Source: Selaginella moellendorffii
Taxonomy: Eukaryota > Plantae > Lycopodiophyta
Assembly (NCBI RefSeq): GCF_000143415.4
Contig: NW_003314417.1
Location: 19,483 to 83,482 of the forward strand
DNA length: 64,000 nt
Direction of reading: 5' to 3'
Shown here: in pieces, positions 1 to 10,485 of the stretch
Layout of the letters: the number at the start of each line of letters is the position of its first letter
How positions within the stretch are numbered: position 1 is the first letter of the stretch
The notes under the pieces: generated by a model
What the model was told of the DNA's origin: nothing
The model's database searches: none
What the model saw: only the letters and a program-made list of their open reading frames with translations
Program-made: the position numbers and the translations under genes

Positions 1-2563
1 AAGTACACCTTCCTAAAGCGCAGCCAAAGGGATCTGAGCAACGAACCGAAAAGGCAGAAAATGGCGATGGAGGTTCGAATGGTCTCGACAGTTGCTTGTT
101 GCAAGAGGAGGTGCTGTCAACATGCTGATTGGGATGCTATTGAAGAGGAGAGAGCAAGATACAAGACATTGTCCTGGAAGGCAGCTCGCAATTTTGTGTA
201 TGAGGCATTACGGTCATCTGTTGATGCTTCAGAACATCAGGTGGGGGGCATGGTCTTCCAGAGGGGTTTGGTCTGCATGAAGGCATGGAGAATCATTTAT
301 GGAGTCCCTCGAAGCACATTCTACAGAATCAAAACTGAGTTCGAGGAACAAAGGGTTCAACAGGCAGTCCATGGGAACGACGGTACGCACAAAACCAGGG
401 GTCATGTTGTATATGGAGAGGCAATCTTCAAGAGGTTTGTCGAGACATGTAGCGAGCAGCAACCACATAAAACCCGCCTCTTGGAAGATGGAACACGAGA
501 CACCCAACGAGTTCTCCCTTCCATGTATACCAAGGGGGCCATATTGGAAGATGTGAATCGGGAACTCCAAAGTAATGGCTACAGGAAGCTGAGCCAATCT
601 AGATTTAGTAGATTGTGGAGCAACAGGTTCAGGGATGTGAGTATAGGAAAGTACTCCAGCTTTTCAAAGTGTGACGAGTGCACTGCTATCAAAATGGCTT
701 TGTCGAAGAATTCTTGCAGCGCTCAAGAGCGAGAGACGTTGGTTAGAAGGCCGCTCGACCACAACATCGAGCAGAGAAGCTGCAGGACTGCATATTATCA
801 TAACAGGATTCTCTCCATGGAGAGACCTGACTCTTACCTCTGCATCATCCACGACAAAATGGACCAGAAAAAAACGTGCTTACCTCGACTCAATCCTGCC
901 CCCAAGGCAATCTCTTCATCCATGCAGCTGCCTGTGTCTCTGTTTGGCATAATCGCTCATGGGCATGGTGCCCAGAACTATGGGAACTTCTTTGTACCTT
1001 TATGGGGTGGCGGGGGTGCAAACATGATGATTGCGTCCCTAGCAAAACACTTAAGGTCTCTGCAAAGTGCGCAGACTGAGCTGAACGGCCAACCCTTGCA
1101 TAAGGCCCTTGTCGATCGAACCCCATACAGGGTTCAGCTGGAGGAGGAGCAAAGGCTTGCAGTATCGCGTGGGGCCCCATGCCATCCCAGTGAATATGTT
1201 GGCCGTCAGATTGTAGGGTTATCACGTGAGGCCTCATGCCATTCCGACGAGGCTGGTCGCCCGGTGAATGCACAGCCTCATCCAAACGAAGCAGAATCTC
1301 AAGGAAGTTCTTGCGGCCGATGTGGCCTTCCACCCCATCTTCTGCTCCAAACAGACAATGCTGGCAGTGAGAACAAAAACATGTACGTCTTCGCGTACTT
1401 GGCGATGCTTGTTGCCAAAGACATATTTGAAATGGTTACACTTGGCTTTCTCATGGTTGGGCACACTCATGAAGACGTCGATGCCATGTTCAGTCACCTG
1501 GCAGAGTCCCTCCGGCGATCCAATGTCCTCACCCTCCCACAACTCTACGATGAATTCCAAAATTGCATCAAAGGCACTGTTGAAGCTGCACTTCTGACAG
1601 AGGTTCCAGACTTTAAGGGGTTTGTAAGAGGCTACATCAGGGATGGATCCGAAACGCTGATTGGCCACTCCAAGCCTCTTCAGTTTCATTTCAGCATGTG
1701 TGACGGTGCTCCAGTGATGAGGTACAAGATGAGAGAATGGGACACAGTGTGGCTGCCAGTGGACGGCATTGAACTCTTCAAGAGAGATCCCATAACTGGG
1801 GAACCTATGATTCCTCAGGGTTCCCCACGGCCGATGCACCCGGATGGACTCAAAGACCAGGAAAGTATAGTGGCCGGGATTAGACAGCATATTGCCTTCT
1901 GGAAGAGGGGGTTGGTGTTTGGTGGAGAATCCTATTTTCAGAGGTGCAAGCCTTTGCTCGAATACTGGGAGAAGATTATATCTGCTATCCAAAATGGGCC
2001 GGTTGTATATGAAGAATTGGAAGAGTCCTTTTGGCCAGAACCCAGAGCACCAGATAGTAGCGGAACAATGTCCTCTGGAAATGCAGTGACAGATAACGAT
2101 GTTGAGGATCACTATTGTGGGCCGAGGAACAAGAAGCCGGATTCAGCATTCAATCCAGTACAGGTCTGCAAAGGAATGGTCGTGCTTGTCAGACCCAGTA
2201 ATAAAAAACAAATGATATGGGTGGGGCGCTGCATCACTGATGCAGAGGAGGACGCGGAAACTAACTCCTTCAATGTAACTGTGGAGTGGTTCAAGCCAAG
2301 TTCCGGATATACGAAGGATTGCCTAGAAAAGAGATGGGTGCTGAATCCAAGGGATCCCAGCATGAGCATATCAGTGGATAATGTTGTGCATGGTTGGATG
2401 CGGAAGCAGAGTGCCACCATCACCTTGCCAGACCATGCAAGAGATGCAGCAAGAGCATTCATAACTCGGGTTCAAGGTGAGATTCATTAATATTCCTTTA
2501 CAAAGTTTCTAATGTATTTTATTTCAAGGTGAACAATCCGAATCTAAATCAGAGGAGGCTTGA
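1..2563 (+). CDS. DDE/D transposase of Sola-like element copy 1 (5' end outside window; open throughout; probable 52-nt intron 2477-2528, last exon 2529-2563)
   Basis: 809-aa ORF with motifs IIHDKMDQKK, LLLQTDNAGSENKN and FLMVGHTHEDVDAMF, plus Cys clusters. CAAG|GTGAG...TTTCAAG| intron followed by GEQSESKSEEA*. Confidence 0.85.
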
Positions 2564-3696
2564 TATAGTGTGTGAGGTAAAACAAAGATGATGTGACATA
2601 TGCATTTACCAATCACACGTGCATAAATCTAATAATATGGCGTGTGGCCCATATTAATGGCACATAAACCCATATTGTGGGCTTACGTGCTTTATGTACC
2701 ATCATTCCCTTGCAGTGTGTGTGTTGGTTTCCTTTTATAACACAACGAACTCCATATTTTAGGGTGAAGAGCGTTCTCATGGCAAGCACAAAATCTGTAA
2801 GTGAGGCAGAAAAGGAGACGGAGAAGGAGATAGGTGAAGATGTAGAATATATAAGTCTTCCAAACTCCCCGTACTATACTCCAGGTGATCATTTTTCTGA
2901 ACAAACGGCAACATTAACAACTATCGAGAACGCCCCAGTAACGTCAGAGACAACAATCCAAAGCAAAACAACTGACCCGGAGAAGGATGATAGTACCGCT
3001 GAGAGTACCAAAAAGGAGGTGTCCACTAGCGCTTAGGCTTATAATGGCGTGTGCCCTCATGCCATTTACTTGATCACCAAATACCTTTTTCCCTTTGCAC
3101 TAGTATATCTTAATACCGGTCTGAGAAATAGAATGGCATGTGCCCTCAGGCCTTTTACTAAATCACCTTTGAAAGAAATGCAAGCCTCTATGTCGTAAAA
3201 AAAAGGTACTAGAGAAATTCCTTAATAATATGAATGTTATTTAGTTTCATGAAAATACACTAAGGGTCAAATGAGTTAAATGACTTCTCCAGACTAGCAA
3301 TGCCTCTTGCTACACCTTCACAATTAGATTCGTTAGAAAAAGATAACATTGAATAATATCTAAATGTTCTCACCATTAAGTTATATGTCTGGCTAATAGG
3401 AATGATGTTCATCTTGGAAAGCTCACCACACGCTCAATGAACAAACAAATAGTGTGTGCGCGCATGCCATCGCTCTTCTTTAGCTTCAGATTCGGCTTGT
3501 TCACCTTGACAATGAGATTTATTATACAACTAGATGGACTCAGTCTGGACATAAGGTCACCGCGCTAGTCACCATGCCCCAGATATGTCTAGCCCCTGGA
3601 CAAAAAACATATAATTTCACGTCATTTTCAAATACTTGAAAATTTGTACCTAGTCCCATTTTACTGAATAAATCCCACTTTAACGAAATAGAGCTT
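1..3696 (+). mobile_element. Sola-like TIR DNA transposon, copy 1 (right arm only; left part lies upstream of the window), inserted in the RT region of chromovirus A
   Basis: Near-identical to 57665-61554 except for a 194-bp deletion. Ends in TCCCACTTTAACGAAATAGAGC-TT (3673-3696). Gypsy RT sequence (TCAACAAGTATACC) resumes exactly afterwards. Confidence 0.9.
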
Positions 3697-6386
3697 TCAA
3701 CAAGTATACCAAGAAGAACAAGTACCCGTTGCCAAGGATTGAGGACCTGTTCGATAGGTTGGGAAAGGCAAAATACTTCTCGAGGATTGACCTAAGGTCA
3801 GGATACTACCAGATCAGGGTAGCCGAGGAAGATGTCGAGAAGACAACCTGTCGAACGAGGTATGGGAGCTTTGAGTTTTTGGTGATGCCCTTTGGGCTGT
3901 GCAATGCGCCGGCAACGTTTTCGGCGTTGATGAACCACGTCTTTGTACCCTATCTGGATCACTTTGTGGTCGTCTATATTGACGACATCCTGATCTATAG
4001 CGAGACGCTAGAGGAGCATGCCGAACACTTGGCGAAGGTGTTTGAGAAACTAAGGGAACATAAACTGTATGCTAAAGAGAGCAAATGTGACTTTGCTCAG
4101 CAAGAGGTAAAGTTTCTCGGGCATGTGGTGGGCCAGGACGGGCTCAAGGTGGACCCGGAGAAGGTCCAAGCGATCCAGGAATGGGAGCGACCATCGAATG
4201 TACATGAGTTGAGGGCGTTCTTGGGGCTATGCAACTACTATCGAAAGTTTATCAGACACTATTCGAGAGTAGCCCTGCCCTTAACGGATCAAACGGGAAA
4301 AGGGAAGATGGTATGGACAGCGCAATGCGAGGCGGCATTCGTCCACCTCAAAGGGAAGTTGAGGAAGGCTCCGATGTTGGCATTACCGGACTTTGGTAAG
4401 GACTTTGAGGTAGACACGGATGCTTCGGACTTTGTGTTAGGCGCAGTTTTGAAGCAAGACAACCATCCAGTAGCGTTCTTCTCGAAGAAGCTGGACAAGG
4501 CTCAACGGAAGTGGCCTGCCCACGAGAAGGAATTGTTTGCGGTGGTCAAGGCGCTCAAGGAGTGGCGACACTACCTTGGGAGACACTTCAAGGTTTACAC
4601 GGACAATGTGGCAACGAAACACTTCTTGTCACAACCCGACCTGAGAGGGAAACAAGGTCGGTGGGCCAATGCCTTGGCCGAGTTTGATTGCGAGATTCTG
4701 TACAAGCCTGGGAAGAGCAACATCGTGGCAGATGCGCTAAGTCGAAAAGCGAGCTTGAGGTTGGCGATCTCCAGCGCAACAGCAACCTTCTGGGACGATG
4801 TGCGGACAACATATGAGAATGATGGTCTAGCACAAGAAGTGTTGTTGAGGAATCTGGAGGCACGGGAAGCTCACCAGAGAGGTGAGCCGCCAACGGAAGA
4901 GAAAACGGGCTATGCGGAACGCAATGGACTCATTTATTACAAGCAAACGAGGGTGTATGTTCCAGAAGGTGGACTAAGGAAGGTAGCCTTAGAAGAGTGT
5001 CATGACGGACCTCTCGCGGGACACGGCGGAGTGCCCAAGACGATGGGCTTACTCAAGAGGAAATACCATTGGCCAGATATGGCTAAGGACGTCCAAGACT
5101 ATGTAAAGACATGTCCAACATGTCAGCAGGTCAAAGCCGTGACTAAGGCTAGTGGGGGCTTGTTGCAAAGCATCCCAATTCCAGATCGTCCGTGGAAATG
5201 TCTCACGATGGACTTCATCACGGGACTACCCCCAAGCGAGGGGTTCGATGCGATATTCGTGGTGGTGGACCAATTTTCGAAGATGGCACATTTCATACCC
5301 ACCACAACGGAGGTGGATGCGGAAGGTGTGGCGAAACTGTTCTTCGAACAAGTGGTTCGAGTGCGGGGAAGGCCAGAGGAGATTATCTCAGATCGAGATA
5401 AGATCTTCACTAGTAGGTTCTGGAGGACCCTCCTGGAACAGTATCGCACCAAGTTGAAATTCAGCACAGCCTATCACCCACAGACAGGTATGGGGTATTA
5501 AGTCAAGTTTGGTGGTCCTAACACTTCTTGACAGACGGACAAACGGAAAGGGTGAATAGGCAGCTGGAGGATTATTTGCGATGCTATGTCTCGGGAGACC
5601 AGACCGATTGGGTAAGTCATTTGGGACTTGCGGAAATGTGTTATAACAACTCACCACATTCGAGTATCGGGGTGAGTCCATGGGAAGTCATCAATGGGCG
5701 AGCTATTGAAGGTCCTATGGAACTCGGCGTGGCCGAGTATCATGGAGAGTTACCCGCAGTGGAGGCATTCACGGCGGAAAGACTCAACATTTGGAATCTA
5801 GTGAGGGATTCCTTGGAACGGGCTCAACAAAGGCAAACCAAGTACGCGAACCTAAAGCGCCGGGACGTAGAGTTCCAAGCTGGGGAGAAGGTGTGGCTGA
5901 ACACCAAGAACCTTAGGCTACCAAGTGGGATCAGCCGAAAGTTGACCCAAAGGTAAAAATGCATGTATTCCTGTAAATGAATTGATCTTGAGTTCCTTAA
6001 GCAGGTTCGCGGGGCCTTACGAGATTGAGGCACGAATCGGTAAAGTGGCTTACCGACTCCGACTTCCTCGAGAGATGGGGAAGATGCACCCAGTGTTCCA
6101 TGTGAACTTACTCAAGCCGTACTTTGAGGATCCGCTTCGCAAAGACCAAGTAAGACCTTTACCTGAGGTTATCCAAGGGGAAGAGGAATACGAAGTCGAG
6201 GCCATCCTCAATGCGCGCAAGAGCAAGCGACAAGGACGCGAGGTGAGAGAGTTCCATGTGAAGTGGAAAGGATTTCCACACTGCAAAGCAACATGGGAAC
6301 CGGAGGAGAACCTAGCGAACGCGCGAGATCTAGTGGAGGAATTTCTGCAAGGCAGAACTCTATGTACTTATGCAAAGTTCAATTAA
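3697..6386 (+). CDS. pol fragment of chromovirus A, spliced model: exons ..5487, 5535-5952, 6005-6386
   Basis: ORFs 3729-5501, 5528-5956 and 5982-6386 join in frame after removing GT-AG introns 5488-5534 and 5953-6004, giving HPQT-DGQTER and KLTQR-FAGPY. Confidence 0.85.
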
Positions 6387-6790
6387 AAATATCAATTTGC
6401 AAAGTTGAGCAAGTGGCATATGTTGGGACCCGAAGGCGCGCCAAAGGTGAGCTAATTAGCATGGGTTAGCTAGGTCGACCAGGCGTAGGGAGCTACGCCC
6501 GACTCCCTGCGGGGATGTCGAAACCGTAGACGTATTCTACGGAGGTTGGGTTCGAGTCCCAACCCCCTAGTAAAGCAAGGCTGGGTTCAAGTCCCGACCC
6601 CATACTAGGGCGTGGTGAGGGGAGGAGTATAGGGACACCTATATTCCGTTGTCATGAGCTCTTGGCCGGGGAGGCTAACTTAGGCACACCGCTAAGTGGG
6701 GGGATGCCCCCGGAGACATGGTCAACAAGTCGTAGGATAAAAAAGAGACGTTCGATGTGGGCATCGAACTTCTTCTATGGGTGGTGGAGT

Positions 6791-7938
6791 TGTAAGGAAC
6801 CAACTCGCCGAGGTGTCGTAGGCTAAGGGAACCCCGAAAGCATGACCAAAATGACAAAGAGTTCATCGGATGGGACCAAGTCAAAGATCGAGTCCAAGAC
6901 CGACTCTAGGACCGAGTTCGAGATAGAGTCCGGAATCGAGTCCAAGACCGACTCGGGGACCGAGTTCGAGTCCGAGTTCGAGACCGAGTTCGAGACGGAG
7001 TCCGAGATCCGAAATCGGGTCCGAGACCGAGTCCGAAGTCGAGTCCGAGGTCGGGCCCGAGATCGGGTCCGAGATCGAGTCCGCGATCGAGTCCGAGACC
7101 GAATCCGAAGTCGGATCCGAAATCGGATCCGAGATCGAGCCAGAGACTAAGTCCAAATACTAATACGGGTCAAGGGGTGAAAGCCCAAAGCGTGCGTCCC
7201 CCAGGGGGGGGGGGCTGCAGGGGGTTCCAAAAGTATAGTAGGGATAGTGAGGTCCAGGAACCAGTTTTGAAGGGACTCTCCAGTTGGGCTTCCAAACCGA
7301 CTTGAGGTTGGGACTGGGACTAAGGGGCCTTGGGTGGGAGTGAGCATGGACTTGGCTGGTGCCGGAGGGGCCATCCAAGGAAGTGCTCAAGAGCAGCTCC
7401 CACTCCCGAAAGGGAAACCGATTGCGGTGCTCCCGGCTCATGTGGAGTGGTGCCCCACTTGAGTACCATGCGGCTCATTGGTCCTCGCCCTTCCTAGGGG
7501 CTTGGGCCTTCCTTCGGGATAGAAGTGGGGGGCGAGAGGTACCCATACCGGGCCGTTAGGCCACGGTGTTTCGCCCCGGTGTCCCGAAGCAAGTGTTGCA
7601 CTCAAGACTTGGGATTTAGAGGGTCCCATGATCAAGTCTTGTGGTACCAAGGGATGTTAGGAACCTGGAAGCTTGGTGTGCTTGGCTGCTTGTGCTTGCG
7701 GGGAGTGTAGCCGAACCTTAAGTCCAGTCTAACCCGGGGAGGGGGATTGGGAGTGATTTGGGAATCCGTGGAAGGATGGCTAACACTCCGTTGCTCGTGC
7801 AGTGAGTAGCTGAAACCAAGTAGGAGCTGGTACCATAGGCGAGAACCTTGGCAAGGGAACTTAGCAAAAGCCAAGGCAGTGTTGGACGGATAGACGAGGT
7901 AAGCTGGCAAATTGGAAAGGAAAAATTTGTGGCTTACA
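6791..7938 (+). repeat. 3' LTR of chromovirus A (1148 bp)
   Basis: TGTAAG...CTTACA termini; reverse complement of 8934-10081. Confidence 0.95.
6880..7150. repeat. Degenerate 6/12-bp tandem array ((TCCGAG/ACCGAG/ATCGAG)n) in the U3 part of the LTR; also at ~9722-9990, ~16110-16410 and ~34570-34850
   Basis: Visible hexamer periodicity, CG-rich; gives spurious RD/SD-repeat ORFs. Confidence 0.85.
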
Positions 7939-8933
7939 CCCAGGAACAGCAAAACTTGCAACTTTAGATGATGAAGAATTGCAAGTAGTTAACTTGAACA
8001 AATTGAAGATTTACAAGCAACCACAAGTGCTCCACACTATGGTGGAAAGCCAGAAAATTCAAGGGAAAACGCTCAAAGAAATCAACGAAAACATATTCGA
8101 ATGCATGCAAACACTTAGAGAAAATTTGCTTCAACAAGACTGGAACCTAACCCTAATCTTGGCGGCTGTGAGAGGAAAAGAGTTCCGGGATAAGGAAAAA
8201 GGGGCAAACAGTGATCAAGACTGTAGCGATTCTTGGTCTGGTGAAAGCGCCGCTTCAATGAGGACTAGAGTTGGGTCAAGGGCTTCATGCCATCCACGGG
8301 AAGAGGAAGAACCGATAGAACTCTCCGACGAGGAGAACAAGGTATGCATGGTTTTCCAAGTGGGCAATCCGGTTTGGTCTCGCGATGAGACTCTTGATGC
8401 ATGGCTGCGAAAGCATCAACTCTATGGCTTTTCGGTCCTGATGACAGCTACGACAAGCACCGACCAGCAGGGAATCGAGAGGAAGATTATCGATTTTGCG
8501 CGCGGAAAAATCACGATTGAAGAAGAAGACTTCGCCAAAGCTCTTCAGCTACCAAACAGGGGAAAACGAGTGACAGCTCCACGAGACAGAGCCATTGATC
8601 CGGAGATCATGAAGCGTGCAGCAAATTACAAGACAGCAGCGTCTTTACAACTCTCCAACGTGAAGGAAAAATTCCGAGGGATTTTTAAGTTCCTTCTCGC
8701 AACATTGGAATTCCGACGCACGGCGACATCAGTGAGCAAGAATGTTGCCTTCATCTACGAGGACCTAAACAAGGGTGTTCAGGTCGATTTGGGAGCATAC
8801 GTTTACACCAAGTTCCATAGGGAACTCTCACAGGTTTACAATGCGCTGGAGAAAAAGAAGAAAATTACAACAACGTTGTTCCCGTATATTGAGGCTTTGT
8901 CAGTCAACAATGACAGAGCATTGGTGATCGTTC

Positions 8934-10081
8934 TGTAAGCCACAAATTTTTCCTTTCCAATTTGCCAGCTTACCTCGTCTATCCGTCCAACACTGCCTTG
9001 GCTTTTGCTAAGTTCCCTTGCCAAGGTTCTCGCCTATGGTACCAGCTCCTACTTGGTTTCAGCTACTCACTGCACGAGCAACGGAGTGTTAGCCATCCTT
9101 CCACGGATTCCCAAATCACTCCCAATCCCCCTCCCCGGGTTAGACTGGACTTAAGGTTCGGCTACACTCCCCGCAAGCACAAGCAGCCAAGCACACCAAG
9201 CTTCCACGTTCCTAACATCCCTTGGTACCACAAGACTTGATCATGGGACCCTCTAAATCCCAAGTCTTGAGTGCAACACTTGCTTCGGGACGCCGGGGCG
9301 AAACACCGTGGCCTAACGGCCCGGTATGGGTACCTCTCGCCCCCCACTTCCATCTTGAAGGAAGGCCCAAGCCCCTAGGAAGGGCGAGGACCAATGAGCC
9401 GCATGGTACTCAAGTGGGGCACCACTCCACATGAGCCGGGAGCACCGCAATCGGTTTCCCTTTCGGGAGTGGGAGCTGCTCTTGAGCACTTCCTTGGATG
9501 GCCCCTCCGGCACCAGCCAAGTCCATGCTCACTCCCACCCAAGGCCCCTTAGTCCCAGTCCCAACCTCAAGTCGGTTTGGAAGCCCAACTGGAGAGTCCC
9601 TTCAAAACTGGTTCCTGGACCTCACTATCCCTACTATACTTTTGGAACCCCCTGCAGCCCCCCCCCCTTGGGGGACGCACGCTTTGGGCTTTCACCCCTT
9701 GACCCGTATTAGTATTTGGACTTAGTCTCTGGCTCGATCTCGGATCCGATTTCGGATCCGACTTCGGATTCGGTCTCGGACTCGATCGCGGACTCGATCT
9801 CGGACCCAATCTCGGGCCCGACCTCGGACTCGACTTCGGACTCGGTCTCGGACCCGATTTCGGATCTCGGACTCCGTCTCGAACTCGGTCTCGAACTCGG
9901 ACTCGAACTCGGTCCCCGAGTCGGTCTTGGACTCGATTCCGGACTCTATCTCGAACTCGGTCCTAGAGTCGGTCTTGGACTCGATCTTTGACTTGGTCCC
10001 ATCCGATGAACTCTTTGTCATTTTGGTCATGCTTTCGGGGTTCCCTTAGCCTACGACACCTCGGCGAGTTGGTTCCTTACA
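8934..10081 (-). repeat. 3' LTR of chromovirus B
   Basis: TG...CA termini; PPT complement ACTCCACCACCC at 10082-10093. Confidence 0.95.
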
Positions 10082-10485
10082 ACTCCACCACCCATAGAAG
10101 AAGTTCGATGCCCACATCGAACGTCTCTTTTTTATCCTACGACTTGTTGACCATGTCTCCGGGGGCATCCCCCCACTTAGCGGTGTGCCTAAGTTAGCCT
10201 CCCCGGCCAAGAGCTCATGACAACGGAATATAGGTGTCCCTATACTCCTCCCCTCACCACGCCCTAGTATGGGGTCGGGACTTGAACCCAGCCTTGCTTT
10301 ACTAGGGGGTTGGGACTCGAACCCAACCTCCGTAGAATACGTCTACGGTTTCGACATCCCCGCAGGGAGTCGGGCGTAGCTCCCTACGCCTGGTCGACCT
10401 AGCTAACCCATGCTAATTAGCTCACCTTTGGCGCGCCTTCGGGTCCCAACATATGCCACTTGCTCAACTTTGCAAATTGATATTT

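Larger units (their letters stand above)
3697..7938 (+). mobile_element. Ty3/gypsy chromovirus copy A (3' part: RT-RNaseH-IN-chromodomain, PPT, 3' LTR); interrupted by the DNA transposon
   Basis: Reverse complement of 8934-13175 with few SNPs. YIDD, RNase H, HHCC, GPY and chromodomain motifs. PPT GGGTGGTGGAGT lies before the LTR TGTAAG...CTTACA. Confidence 0.95.

Noticed and set aside
5488-6004. Ribosomal frameshifting or random pseudogenising indels as the cause of the broken integrase
   Set aside because: The breaks are 47- and 52-nt extra sequences with GT-AG ends and stops, shared by three independent insertions. Exact removal restores conserved motifs.
6544-6599. tRNA genes or SINE
   Set aside because: Only T-arm-like hairpins; no D-arm/anticodon/acceptor cloverleaf or poly-A tail.
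6842-7961. Protein-coding ORFs in LTRs (RD/SD-repeat peptides) and the many antisense shadow ORFs
   Set aside because: They arise from stop-poor hexamer repeats or from overlap with real genes; no domain features.
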